A stretch of DNA of 64,000 nt from Hemiscyllium ocellatum (Eukaryota): NCBI RefSeq assembly GCF_020745735.1, contig NC_083407.1:89147857-89211856 (forward strand), written 5' to 3'. Made by a program: the position numbers and the translations under genes. The notes beneath the pieces were generated by a model that did not search any database, had not been told where the DNA came from, and saw only the letters and a list, made by a program, of their open reading frames with translations. Positions 13,348-25,638 of the stretch are shown here, one piece after another (positions within the stretch are counted from its first letter, which is position 1; each line of letters begins with the position of its first letter).

Positions 13348-14974
13348 CTAGAAATCCCTCATTCGCCTGAAAGATCCAATAGTTGAGCTGTAGCCTCCCC
13401 AGTCACTGTATCTCCTGTATTCACCGGGTCTCATGAAGTACTGTCGCCCTCTATAGTTGGGATGTTCATAGAAGATCCAGTAACCATCCATCACATGGCA
13501 GGAGTGGATGTCACGGTAATGGAAACGATCGTAGACAGATGGACAGTCATCCATGAATTCCATCATCTGTCCTCCAAAGTCAGGCCTCTCGTAAATCCTC
13601 ATTCTGTAGGAGCCTCCTCGGTACTGGAATAGAAATAAGATGTTATTGTAGATATATACTTAATATATACAAAATAGTTAGCCATTGTTCAAATGGACAG
13701 TAGGTATCATTCCCTGAAAAAAAAGGGAGACACAAACACACACAGATCTTGGTTCTCAGGTACTACCTTATACTACTAATCGGGAGGGAGAGTGAGCAGA
13801 CCTCCATGAACTGCTCCAGTTTTCTCAGGGACTGAAAACACACTTGGTATTCATCTGCATTTCACATCGTGCCAACTGTACTAGCCTAATCCCACATATG
13901 GCAGTAAACAGAAAGCAAGACTGATATATAACAAGGCCCATTTGATGACATTAACCATGGGAGCAAAACTGAGGTGACCTATTATTATCAGTTTAATAGG
14001 TTGCTGTGTTTGAAGCTTCTATATAATCTTGTGCAGCTAATCACAAAAGTGCCTGTAAGAGTACATGGAGATTAATATTAGTTGGACACAGACTGAAGTT
14101 TATCAATGTCCATAAAATTCTTTTGCGATTGCTGTCATTTTGTGTTTCTCCAAGTAGGACAATCTGTTCCTTCCTATATAATTTATTAAATAGTTAAAAT
14201 TAGCTGAATTGAGTAAGTAAAATTATATCACTTAACAGATTGTATTCAGTTATCACTTAGTCCAGCTGTAGATTACTTTATTGTTTCAATTTGGATGGAC
14301 TGCCATCATGTGGTACACAAAGCTAAGTTTACACAACTATTGCTTTAAGAAACAAACTGCCTAACTTAATCTCAAGATCAAAGTTACAGAGGCTTTTACT
14401 AGTTATTGGTAGTGACAGAAACATGTGGATTAGTAAATCAGATCAGATGGGTGACAGACAGACAGTCTACTGCCTGCTAACACCATTGGCAGAAGTTAAC
14501 TTCTGGCCTGCGGAAATAGCCAATGATTGTACAGACTTGTTGCTCATGATTTAAAATTTTGAGCATTTTGATCATACCTCAGTGTTAGTTTGGGTCAGAA
14601 ATGCAAACCACCAGAAATGACTCACATATGAGTAACTGCGACATGACCTGACACAGTCATTGAATCCCATCCAGCGCTGGTAGTCAGGATACTCTCCCCT
14701 GGTCAGAACATACTGGTATCCCATGTAATTGGGTTTCTCATACACCACCCACCAGTCACTCTCAACACGGATGGAGTTACAGCGGCTGAAGTAGGAGTGC
14801 AGGTCGGCACAGTCACTGCTGCACTCATAGTGCCGTCCCTGGAAGTTCCTGTCCTCGTAAAAGATGATCTGTGGAAAGAGATAAGTCTTTGTAAATTACT
14901 CATTTCTCAAAATCAGCAATACTTTATAGAAAATTCTGACAACATATAAACAATGTCATTCTTGCCTTTCCCAT
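13348..14974 (-). CDS. cryg: Gamma-crystallin gene 2, join(14966..14974, 14626..14868, 13348..13623), 175 aa; GC-AG intron 1
   Basis: ATG GGA AAG|GCAAGA; exon 2 with [14 protein letters not shown] ending RSYSY|GTGAGT; exon 3 open to TAG; TATA at 15030-15037; AATAAA at 13314-13319. Confidence 0.95.
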
Positions 14975-15029
14975 TATGAGCTCAAAGCTTAGAAACTGAC
15001 TGAGTATTTCAGCTCCTCACACGGCTTGG

Positions 15030-15228
15030 TATTTATATGCTGGGTAGAAATGCCTCTCTGGGCCATACTTTTGTTATTGTAATGAGCACCATAGTTTAAA
15101 ATCAGCACAAAAGCAGAAAAAAACCATGTCATGTTCACGCATTGTAAAGCAAACTATTTTAAGGCACCAATGTAGCATTGAATGTGTTTTGCCTCCATGC
15201 CATTTTAATTGTGTGAAGAAGGCAACAC
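15030..15228 (-). promoter_or_regulatory. Promoter of gene 2: TATA, SOX/MAF-like CTTTTGTGCTGA, distal block
   Basis: TATA at 15030-15037; tcagcacaaaag at 15102-15113; same spacing as paralogues. Confidence 0.7.
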
Positions 15229-15687
15229 GACATTGAACGCCATTATGTTTCAATTACTGTATCTGCACAGAAGTTCTCGAACAGTTGTCACTAGATATTC
15301 AATCAGGTACACTTCCAAAAGGTTGGGGTAGTGACTGAAGTTGACCTTTAAACTGTTCAAAAGACAGATGTATACATCCAGAACAAATTCCTTTATTTAT
15401 AGCACTCTCTGTCATGCCTAATCTGTCATTGCCAGGGTGATTTAATTCTGTATTGTTCTCCACAATCTATTAAAGATTTATCACTGCATGTATCTATTTG
15501 GTTTTGTGCATGTTATTTATTAACAGAAATTACAGCCTATACTCAGTAGCCTACCTTAATTAATGTCCATTGATCTTGCTTCTATTTTGTTGCATTAGGT
15601 TCCAAGTTTCAGTCTAGCTGAGACCATTTTGCAGTTATAAGCAGACCAATCAAAAGACAGATGATGGTGTGATCATACACATTAGAA

Positions 15688-16714
15688 GCCCTGACAGAAT
15701 TTCAAGCCTGGACGGAATTTCACATTGGCCCCAAGGTCCCGTATTTCCCACGGGAGCCTGTGCCCCACAACCTGAGCCGCCTCCGGAATTTTAATTTTGT
15801 CCCTATTAAGGACGTAAAAAGGCGGGCCCTGTATCGACTGCTGCTGCACACTGTCCACCTTTTTTCCTTCATCCACCGTCCGAACATGCCTTGGCGTGCC
15901 CATTTGCCACCAGGCGGTGAGGATCCCCAGTGGAGGGCTCTCTATGCGGAGTCCTCCCCCTTTCTCTTGGGGATCTGGGGTGGAGGGTGCTGCACACAGC
16001 GGTCCCCTGCAACCGCAGATTGCGTTGGTTCACGGACTCCCAGCCCAACTGCTTGTTCTGTGGTGCTGTGGAGTCCGTGGACCATGTGTATATTGGGTGT
16101 GGTCATTTGCACTCCCTTTTTGATTTTCTTAAAAACCTCCTCCTCTGCTTTTGGTTGCACTTCAGTCCCACGCTCCTGATCTACGAGCACCTGGTACGGA
16201 GGAGGGAGTGCAGGTCAGAAGACCTCCTCGTGGGTCTGCTCCTGGGCCTGGCCAAACTGGCCATAAACAGGTCCAGGCAGCGGGCCGTGGAGGTGGTCTT
16301 TAGGGCCGACTGCCTGCCCCTCTTCCGCGGTTACGTTAGAGCCCGGGTCTCCCTGGAGAAGGAGCATGCAGTCTCCACCAACACCCTGGAGTTGTTCAGG
16401 GAGAGGTGGGCGTCGCAGGGAGTGGAGTGCATTATTTCCCCCTCCAACTCTATTTTGATTTAATCCCCGCCCTCCCCTTCACTGTTTGATCACACAGCAT
16501 TGCCCTTTGATGTGAAGGGCACTGCTTGTCACTGGCCTCTCGGGTGTTTCCTTTCTTCCTGGTGGTGGAAAGTGAATAAAGATTTGTGCACCTCGTGTCT
16601 TTCACTGTGTCTTACACTTGCACACACACACAACATGGGTGCTGGGGGATAAAAATAAGCACTACTGCAGTTAGGCGGTAGTGTGAGGGTTTAAAAAAAA
16701 CAACAAAAACAAAG
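15688..16714 (+). mobile_element. 5'-truncated L1/Tx1-clade LINE (ORF2 C-terminal zinc finger, 3' UTR, A-rich tail)
   Basis: CLFCGAVESVDHVYIGC (CX2CX7HX4C, zf-RVT type); AATAAA; A-rich tail at 16693-16713; perfect 15-bp TSD tcatacacattagaa at 15673-15687 and 16715-16729. Confidence 0.88.
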
Positions 16715-16784
16715 TCATACACATTAGAATCCACATACTTTTGGGAGGTAGCTTGATTCTTTTAGTAATAACTAAACAAAAATC

Positions 16785-17005
16785 AAAGTTAAATATCACA
16801 CAATACCAGGTTAAAGTTCAACAGGTTTATTTGGAAGCACTAGCTTTGGGAGCACTGTTCCTTCAGAGCGATACTCCACAGCCACCTGATGAAGGAGCAG
16901 TGCTCAGAAAGCTAGTGCTTCCACATAAACCTGTTCAACTATAATCTAGTGTTGTGTGATTTTTAACTTTGTACATCCCAGTCCAACACCGGCATCTCCA
17001 AATCA
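16785..17005. mobile_element. Penelope-like terminal repeat with inverted arm and a hammerhead-like motif at 16883-16917 (+)
   Basis: cac CTGATGA aggagcagtgctca GAAAGCTA gtg; inverted copy at 16795-16866. Confidence 0.75.
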
Positions 17006-17339
17006 AAAAACAACCTCAGTGCAACATTGATCTGACCCTATTTGGAGAAATAAGTAATGTTACAACGAGAGTCTGAAGCAATGGCAAATATAATACGAGA
17101 AGAAATCATACTCAATGCTAGTTAATGGTCCTCACATCAGTGAACTGTGTTTCTGTAGCGAAAAGGGAACTGATGGCCGTCATTTGTTGGACTGAACCAG
17201 ACACAAGCGGATTGCAAGGTTCAAGCAAAATGCTTCACGTGTTAAAGATCTGAAATTGAATTGCTCAAGAAACTCAGCAGGTCTGGCAACATATGTGGAG
17301 AGAGAAAACAGTTAATGTTTTGAGTGTGGTGTGGCCTCT

Positions 17340-17940
17340 TTGGAACAGATTGCGGAAACTTGGCTACAAAATAATCAGGTTTGGGTATTAAATATTGTAG
17401 TTATCCCATATTTGAAGAAAATAGAGAGGGCAAGTGAGGGAGTTGGAGAAGCTGTGATTATCAAAGATGATTTAATGGTCACAAAAAAAACCAGTTATTT
17501 ACAAGATAAAAATTAGAATGTATATGAATCAAGATAAAAATAATAAAGCATCAATCGCATTTGGTGAAAGATAGGTGATTAAAATAAGATGCACACAACT
17601 TAGGGAAATGAATGAAATAAAATACAATAACAATGTTATAAGATTTCATATAATCTGATGTTAATTAGAGATAAAAGATAGGCACAATGGTGAAGGGATA
17701 ACAGGCAAGGGAATAGAGTTCCTCCAATGTGTCCATAACTCCTTTTTCTACAAATATAAAGAAAAACCCAGCAATGGAAGATTCATTATTGGATTAAAGA
17801 ATGGGCAATGAACTAGAACAGACAGGAGAAGTAGATGATACTTCTCAATAAAATACATGTTCAAAGGAAAACAGAGAATGTCTTAAGATGAAAACCAAGT
17901 CAACAGGTTGGAATAAAAGTGATTTTAAGAGGCTACGTTA
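17340..17940 (+). mobile_element. Old CR1 endonuclease fragment
   Basis: IAETWLQ...WVLNI...GVGEAVIIKD resembles the LINE APE N-terminus; heavily decayed. Confidence 0.5.
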
Positions 17941-19949
17941 AGTTAGTAATGTACCCAACATCTTATTTGCATAATTAGTGAGAAGAAAAGCAGAAAATAT
18001 TGTGAGAAAACTTAGTTGATCTTGAGAAGGTGCTAGTAAGCTGCTTCTTGAATAGCTGGAGATCATCTAGAGATACTGCCAGAAACATTGTTATTCAGAG
18101 ACAGAGGGGAACAGCAACATAGTTCCAAGTCAGGATATTATGTGTCTGTGAGATGAATTTACAGATGATGAGGTTCCCATCTATCATTTTAGATGGCAGC
18201 AGTCTTGAGTGTGAAAGGTGCTGATGTTGGAAGATTGGTGAAATACCACAGTGCATATGGGACACACAGCTGCCATGGTGCTTTAGAGAGAATGGACATT
18301 TAGGTGTTTCTGTGGTGCCAAGCAAGCAGACTGCTTTGTCCTGAATAATGTCAAGCTGCTATGCATGGTTGTAGTCATACTCATTCAGTAATTATTTTAC
18401 AGTATCAGCAGCCCCACAGGCAGAAATTCCCTTTACATTGTAATCACTGTCAAGATAATTTTGATGGACTATATGCCAAGCTTCTGTTATGTTATTAACT
18501 TCCTAAATCCTCTGCCACCATTGAAACCTCAGATTAATGTGAAGAGTGTTCAATTCCATGCACAGTATCTCCCAATTATTAGATAGCACTGCCATTCACT
18601 AGTACACCCAGATCCTTTACAATTACAGTTCTGGTGTTTATTACACTTTCCTGATTTCCAGACATTGTACCTGACCCGACTTGCTTTTGATTTTTTGCAA
18701 GGTCCATCTTGATTTAAGTAGAAAATTTTCATAGTTTTATTTCCATTCAGATTTTTAAATTAATAATATGCAATATGAATGTTAAAGGGAACAGCTCTGA
18801 AACCAGGGCTCTCCTCAACCACTTTTTATTATTGAAGCTATTATATTTTCATGACTCTCTCTCTGTCTCCCTCACAAGCATTATTTCTACCTCAGTTCAT
18901 TCAGTTGTTTGCAAATCAGCATTACTCAGTGGTCACCAAAAGCAAGCAGCTTATCAAAGTCTACATGAACAATAACATCGTAAGTTTCAATAAATCCCTA
19001 AAGACCTCCAGTAAGGATGTGTTTATTTTATGATTGCATCTTCTTTTGTGTCAATTAATGTCTTTGATTAAGGTAGTCTTTTAACAGTTCCTCCAAAACA
19101 AATGTCTAATGTATGATTCTATAATTGATAGCACTTTCCACTAATCTTTTTAAACTTGATGTTAATTTTAATTTCTCTCCATAATGTTGGTACAAATCCT
19201 GATTCTAAAAAATTCCTACTAAAGATGGCGGATTTTCTTGAAGTATGGCTGAAGGCCCTTGGTCTTACCCTGTTCCTGTTCCTTAAATAGTTTATTCAGT
19301 TCGCTTTCAGTAGCAATCTCTAATCTATGCTTTGATTGAACAGTGATAAATGGAAGTGAAAGTAAACAGTGTAACTGCTGCTTTTCAGTTTATATCTGTG
19401 CTTTAATTAATATTGCACGGACACTGATCAGAAGAGACTCAAAATGAAACCGCTGTTTCTTGTCTTCAGTAGTAAAATGTGTCAGAGGTGTGATTACCAC
19501 GTACGTGATCTCACTGAGAATGTGAGATTCGGCAAGTCTTATGATCATCAACTCGTATTTTATCGTATCAGCAACCTTTGAACTATGGCTAGATCAGAAA
19601 TAGTGATACAACAACAAATGAAAGAACAATTTGTAGAATTTAAAAGAGTGTTCAGGGATAGAATCAACTTTGTGGAACTGAAAAGAAATTAATGAAGGAA
19701 GATTCCACAGCTAAATATTTTAATTTTAAAATGCATTATTAAGCGTATACATTATGTGGTCAATTGCTCACATCCTGTTGTGTAAAAGTATGTCTGAATC
19801 AATGGTATGACATTGTTCCTGAAAACATATGAAGATATGTAAATGATGGGCAGGAAAATACCACCTTGGGTCCTCAAACCTGTCCTACAATTGTGATGGA
19901 TGAAGTATCATGAGGGAACAGTTCCTCCCTCCTCACAGACACATCTGGC

Positions 19950-20460
19950 TATCCAGGCTATTGAGGGAGTGCAGCGTAGGTTCATGAGGTCAATTCCTAG
20001 AAAGGCGGGACTACCTTACGCTGAAAGACTAGAGCGACTGGGCTTGTATACCCTTGAGTTTAGAAGACTGAGAGGGGATCTGATTGAGACATATAAGAGT
20101 ATTAAAGGATTGGACAACCCTGGAAGCAGGAAACATGTTTCTACTGATGGGTGAGTGCCGAACCAGAGGACACAGCTTAAAAATATGGGCTAGACCATTT
20201 AGGACAGAGATGAGGAGAAACTTCTTCACCCAGAGAGTGGCAGCTGTGTGGAATGCTCTGCCCCAGAGGGCAGTGTAGGCCCAGTCTCTGGATTCATTTA
20301 AGAAAGAGTTGGATAGAGCTCTCAAGGATAGTGGAATCAAGGGTTATGGAGATAAGGCAGGAACAGGATACTGATTAAGGATGATCAGCCATGATCATAT
20401 TGAATGGTGGTGCAGGCTCGAAGGGCAGAATGGCCTACTCCTGCACCTATTGTCTATGGT
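19950..20460 (+). mobile_element. CR1 LINE 3' end (relatively young)
   Basis: AIEGVQRRFMRSIP...ERLERLGLYTLEFRRLRGDLIETYK and RTRGHSLKI..RPFRTEMRRNFFTQRV. Confidence 0.9.
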
Positions 20461-20624
20461 CTATTGTCATATTGTCTATCACCTCCTCCTCTCTCCAACA
20501 ATCCACTGGAACACCACCATTTATCGTCCACTGTCATTAGAAACTCATGAATTCAAACCTTCTCATATCCTTTAACTTTTCTTTCAGCTTTGAAGTCTTT
20601 TTTCCAAAGAAATGTCAGAATCAT

Positions 20625-21100
20625 AAACAAAAAGTGTGGCGTTGGAAAAACACAGCAGGTCAGGCTGCATCCAAAACCAGGAGAGTCGAGAGTCGACGTT
20701 TTGAGCAAATGCTCTTCATCAGGAATGTTGCGAGGTGGGGTGCTCAAGTAGGCCGAGAGATAAATGGGAGGGATGTGTGACTGGGGAGAAGGTAGTTAGG
20801 AATGTGATAATAGGTGGATGAAGGTGGGGTGTGATGGTGATAGGTCGGAGTGGAGGGTGAAACAGGTAGGTGGGAAGGCAGATGGACAGGTAGGACAGTT
20901 CAACAGGGCGGTGCCAAGTTGGATCAGGATGAGGTGGGGGAAGGGGAGGTAAGGAAACTGGAGAAGACAAAATTAATTTAGTGTGGTTGGACCGTCCCTA
21001 GTGGAAGATGAGGTGTTCTTTCCCCAGGCCCTAGGTGGCTAGGATTTGGCAGTGGAAGAGGCCCAGGCCTTGCATGTCCATCGTGGAGTGGGTGGGGGGA
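20625..21100 (-). mobile_element. Penelope-like element 3' portion with a degenerate hammerhead (20691-20726)
   Basis: Purine-rich body and terminal repeat similar to 33824-34073; minus strand reads CTGATGA agagcatttgctc AAAACGTC. Confidence 0.7.
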
Positions 21101-23269
21101 GTGATAGTGATGTCAGAATCAGAATCAAAGCTGACCTCCATCAATTGCCCTGAGAAAAGGTTATAATCCTGTTAAATTAACTCAATATATGTTCTATGGA
21201 GTTGTGGGAGAAAGTGAAGTTACACTAAATGATGCATAAGCATTCTAGTTAAGGTGTTTTGATTATTCTTCCAGATTTCCCTTAGCTAAAATGATATAAA
21301 AATCTTTTACAATGATTCGTAAAATTACAAGTTGATTTCAATACAGAAGGAAGCCATTTGATTGCCATGTTTGTACAAGACTGAGAGGCACCATTTTTAT
21401 CCCAAACTTCCAACCAAGAGCTCTGAGACAGTGAGTGGAAACTCCTCAGGCACTTACCACTTTGGTGAGAAAGTTGCGAACATTGTTGGAGTTTGTCAGT
21501 GAGGTGGTTGTCAACATCCAGATTAAAGTGTCCCATTTTCCAACCAATTATAGAGCACCAACATGAAAGTCTCATTATTGAGCAGCAAGAGGCCTAATTG
21601 CACACATTATCATGCACTAACATCTCACTATTATTTCAGCTCTCCTCACTTCTAAGCACACTCCCATTCTCCCACCTACAATGCCCGATATAAAATCAGA
21701 ACAGTAACCTGACAAGTTGAACTCCGGCCCTCCATCTTTGGAGATGAGTCCCCAACATCTCGGAGTCTACTCCATGAGTAATGATGGCATGCACCAAGCA
21801 TCTACAGGTATTGGCACCAGAGATGTACCAGCTGCACTACAACCACATGACACATCTTCAGTCCATGTACAATATGATGCTGCACTTCAATGCTGCAATT
21901 TGGAGCACCTCAGTAACTTTCATTGTAATGCTACTGTCAGGATACTGGGACAGGAACACGTATCATGGATTTGACCAAGGTGCATCTCAGGGCTCTTTGC
22001 TCGTTCTCTTAGCTCTCATTAACTTTGCGCTGCCATGGACGCACTGTGCATTTCTGCCTTGTGTTTTTATGCTTTTCCCTCTCAACCACATGTTAAAGGC
22101 TCACAACACTTATACCCTGCCTTACCTCTTACTGCACACAAGACCAGGCAAGTGTCATAACTTTCAGCAGTGAAGAGGTTGGACATGTTGACATACATCA
22201 CCAGACTACATCAGTCTCACATCTGTATCATGTGCCAGGAGTATATGCAGCAAGACCAATATATGTGCATTAACCAAATGGCCGTGTCGCAAAGTCGAAG
22301 TAGAATAGTCTTCCATCAAATCACAGAGATGCCCTTCATCGATAGATTTCCAATGCAATCAGTCAGGGGTGGCGTCCAACATCAGTCTAGGGGCATGGTC
22401 ATGGTCACTTTGCCACTTGGGGCTGGCAGAGGTCAGGTTTCTATCATCAAAAGGGGGCAAGGAGCTCAATGTTGGTCTCTTTACCACCCATCTTGACTTT
22501 CTTTCTGCCTGATTATGAGCCATTTCTCTTGGAATAAGAAAAAGAGAGGGTAAAGAGGAAGACTTTTGGAAATCTGTCAGTTTTGCCAAAAGAGCCGAGG
22601 CAATCTGCAATTAATGTAACCACAGAACTAATGAGGAACAAGAAGCCATCCCTCTCTTAAATCCTGTTCTACCCAGAAACCTTCTCTCTCTCAATGCCTG
22701 TTTTTTCTAGAAACTTTCTCTCTCAAAGCCTGTTCTACTATTGAGGCTACCTACATAAATAACTCCAAATATTCAGCTACAGAAACTATTGCAACTGATA
22801 ATTTTGATTTCAAATATCTAACCTCGTCCCCTCTCACAAAGAGAATCTGCAGCAAGTAATGAACAAATTTGAATTTTAACTTGATAAACATGTTTTATCT
22901 GTAATGACTTTTAATCTTTGCATTTACATTTTATCTAATAAATGTAATATATTTTACTTATTAGCAATGGTTGGATCAGAAACTGACCTTCATTCTCACT
23001 TCAAACTAAAGCTCTGCTGCTCTTTATCTTTTGCATTGGAACATTAAAAAAAAATAAAATAAACTAACGAGCAATACAAATTGGCAGTTGGTGGAGCATG
23101 TTCTTGTGCTGTGATTGTGCCTGGCACCATTGCACCCTAGGAAATCTATCCCAGATCCCAAACCCACCTCAGATACCAATGTTCTACTTCCTGTCACCTC
23201 TGGTGTGCTGCTAATCACCTCAGATCAGTTACCTGTATTTCTAGATACTTCTAGGAGAAAGTAGGACCC

Positions 23270-24220
23270 GATCTTTGGGTGACCATCCTCCAAAGTGGAC
23301 TTTAGGACAGACAATAATGCAAAGTGGCCAAGCAGAGGCTGATGGCCAAGTTCGATACTCATGGGGATGACCTCAATCGTGACCTTGGGTTCATGTCACA
23401 TTAGAGCTGATCCCACTGCACTATACACTCTCTCTCTCACATACACACACAAGCGCACACACACTCTTACTTACTCACACACTCATGCAGATCCTTTCTC
23501 ATACACAAGCTCTCTCTCATACACACACACATACATACCCCACACTTACACCCACACACGCACCCTCTCACAGGCTTATACCCCATCACACTTACACACA
23601 TACTTTACAAAGCTTACACGTATGCAAACACACACTCTCTCACGGGCACTCACACCCACACACACACACACTCACATGCATACACTCACCCTGTCTCTCC
23701 TGCACATGCACACATAAAAGGCTATGGGTTGAATTTGTATCTGCAGAATTATATTTGCAAATATGTTCTATTTTGCTCAAAAAATGCATAACCTAGAGTC
23801 AATCCATGTAATAATCTATAAATCCCACTTTAGAAATAGAACCAGTCTGACTCAAGATTGGGGGAGGGACAAACTTTAACCCTGTCCCTTTAATACATTA
23901 TCTGAGCTGAGATGGCACCTTTTGTTAGAAAAGCTAACATTATTTTGAGGATGTGACTTAAAAGAAGTTCTTGAATTTGCATAATAAAGAACTGAAATGA
24001 GCAATACCATTATAAAAGATGAAAGACATAATCTAGGTTCATCATTTCAGCTGCATGACACTGTAATCTTTTGCTATACATTATGTGTCTTACGATCCTG
24101 CTTCACAGCTACCTGATGAAGGAGCAGCGCTCTGAAAGTTAGTGCTTCCACATAAACCTGTTGGACTACACCAAATGTTTAATTTTGTCTACCCCAATCC
24201 AACACCGGCTCCTCCAAATC
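23270..24220 (+). mobile_element. Penelope-like element 3' portion (GIY-YIG tail, CA-rich tract, terminal repeat with hammerhead-like motif at 24110-24144)
   Basis: Colinear with 44170-45075; tac CTGATGA aggagcagcgctct GAAAGTTA gtg. Confidence 0.8.
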
Positions 24221-24629
24221 ATAGCCTCAACAAGACTTTGAAAATGTTTATCATATTTTCTCTGAATTGTCTTTACTTTAAGAAGAACAATTCTAGCTTC
24301 CCTATCTACCCATGCAATTAAAATCCCACAGCTAAAACTATTCTCCTGAATCATTTCGGCAACATCACTAAAATTAAAAATGCTTCCTCAAGCATTTTAC
24401 CAGTATATAAAGTAATATTCCAGGTTAGACGAAGCAATGCATACACTATCAACCTTTTTATAAACCTTCTGACGAACCTGCCTTTCTTGTCACTTTTTCA
24501 ATCACTACTGACCCCTTCAATAATTTTTGCTCATATGTTTCCAGGTCTAGTAATTCCTGCACTTCCTTTAGAATTGTACATTTTTTCTTTTTTAAATTGA
24601 CTCCAAACATTTTTCCCACCAAAGTCAAT

Positions 24630-25335
24630 CAATTCACCCTTCTCAGGATTGAATATCCACCCATCTCACCTACCTACCCACATCTTCTTAAAGTCTGTAA
24701 CCATTCTCCTCACAACGTAAAATACTTCTGAGTTTGTATGATCTGCAAAGTGTGAAATTATACTGTGCACACCCAAATCTAGTACATTATTATATGTAAA
24801 AAGAAGTTGTCAAAAACATCTGAATGTCCTTAGTGCACAGTTTCAGGCAGTCTGAAAAAATCCTGTGCACTATGACATTCTGTTTCCTTTAACTTTGCCA
24901 ACTTCACATTGATTTTGTCACTTTCTCTTCTTTTTTTCTGTGAGTTTTAGTTTTGCTGCATGTCTAATAAGTGTTATTCAACAATCTCTATTTGGTACTT
25001 CCCATAGACCATTTCAACCACATTCCACTCATCAATCGTCTGAGTAATTTAACCAATAAAGTTCAATCAAGATAGATAAACATCCGTCACCTTTAACCTA
25101 TTAATGCTGCCTTTTTTTTCTATTTATGTATAAGTGCCAAGCGACTGAAAATTGTACTTCAAATAAGCTAAATGTTTTGCTGCCACTAAGGTTAAACAGA
25201 TTATCCTTTAGATGCTGGATTTGCACTTAACCCCATTTTTTGTCAAAAGATGCACCATTTGCAACTCTTCAGTTCTTTGTCACTGTTTCTGGATCTAAGG
25301 AGGATTGGGTGGGTATAGGCAGTACCATCACAAAT
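24630..25335 (-). mobile_element. Very old CR1-like RT fragment
   Basis: Patchy similarity to the CR1 RT at 31200-31960 (for example tctgcaaa and tctggatctaaggaggattgg). Confidence 0.45.
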
Positions 25336-25638
25336 TCTACCCTTAAGTCCCTTGGCATCCTCATTACGATTGTGAGATTCATTCTCATTTTCACCAAGTC
25401 AATATATTAAATTAACAATGACATGGGCAACATTCATTGCTAAATCTGCATATATTTGTTAACTGATAGAAAAGAAGTAAATTAAACAACATGAACCATC
25501 AATACTGAGAATTCCATGAGAGTTGTATTGATCTCCACAGAAATGCTTAAATGAATGAGAATAATATTGTGAAGTTCAGAATGTTTTATTATTTTTGAGA
25601 ATATTCAGCAAACTAAGATCATATTTATCAAGAGCAAT

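Noticed and set aside
15930-16463. 177-aa zinc-finger host gene
   Set aside because: It is the C-terminus of a LINE ORF2, bounded by a TSD and an A-rich tail.
23361-23796. His/Thr-rich ORFs (also 44474..44686)
   Set aside because: Translation of a degenerate (CA)n tract inside a Penelope-like element.
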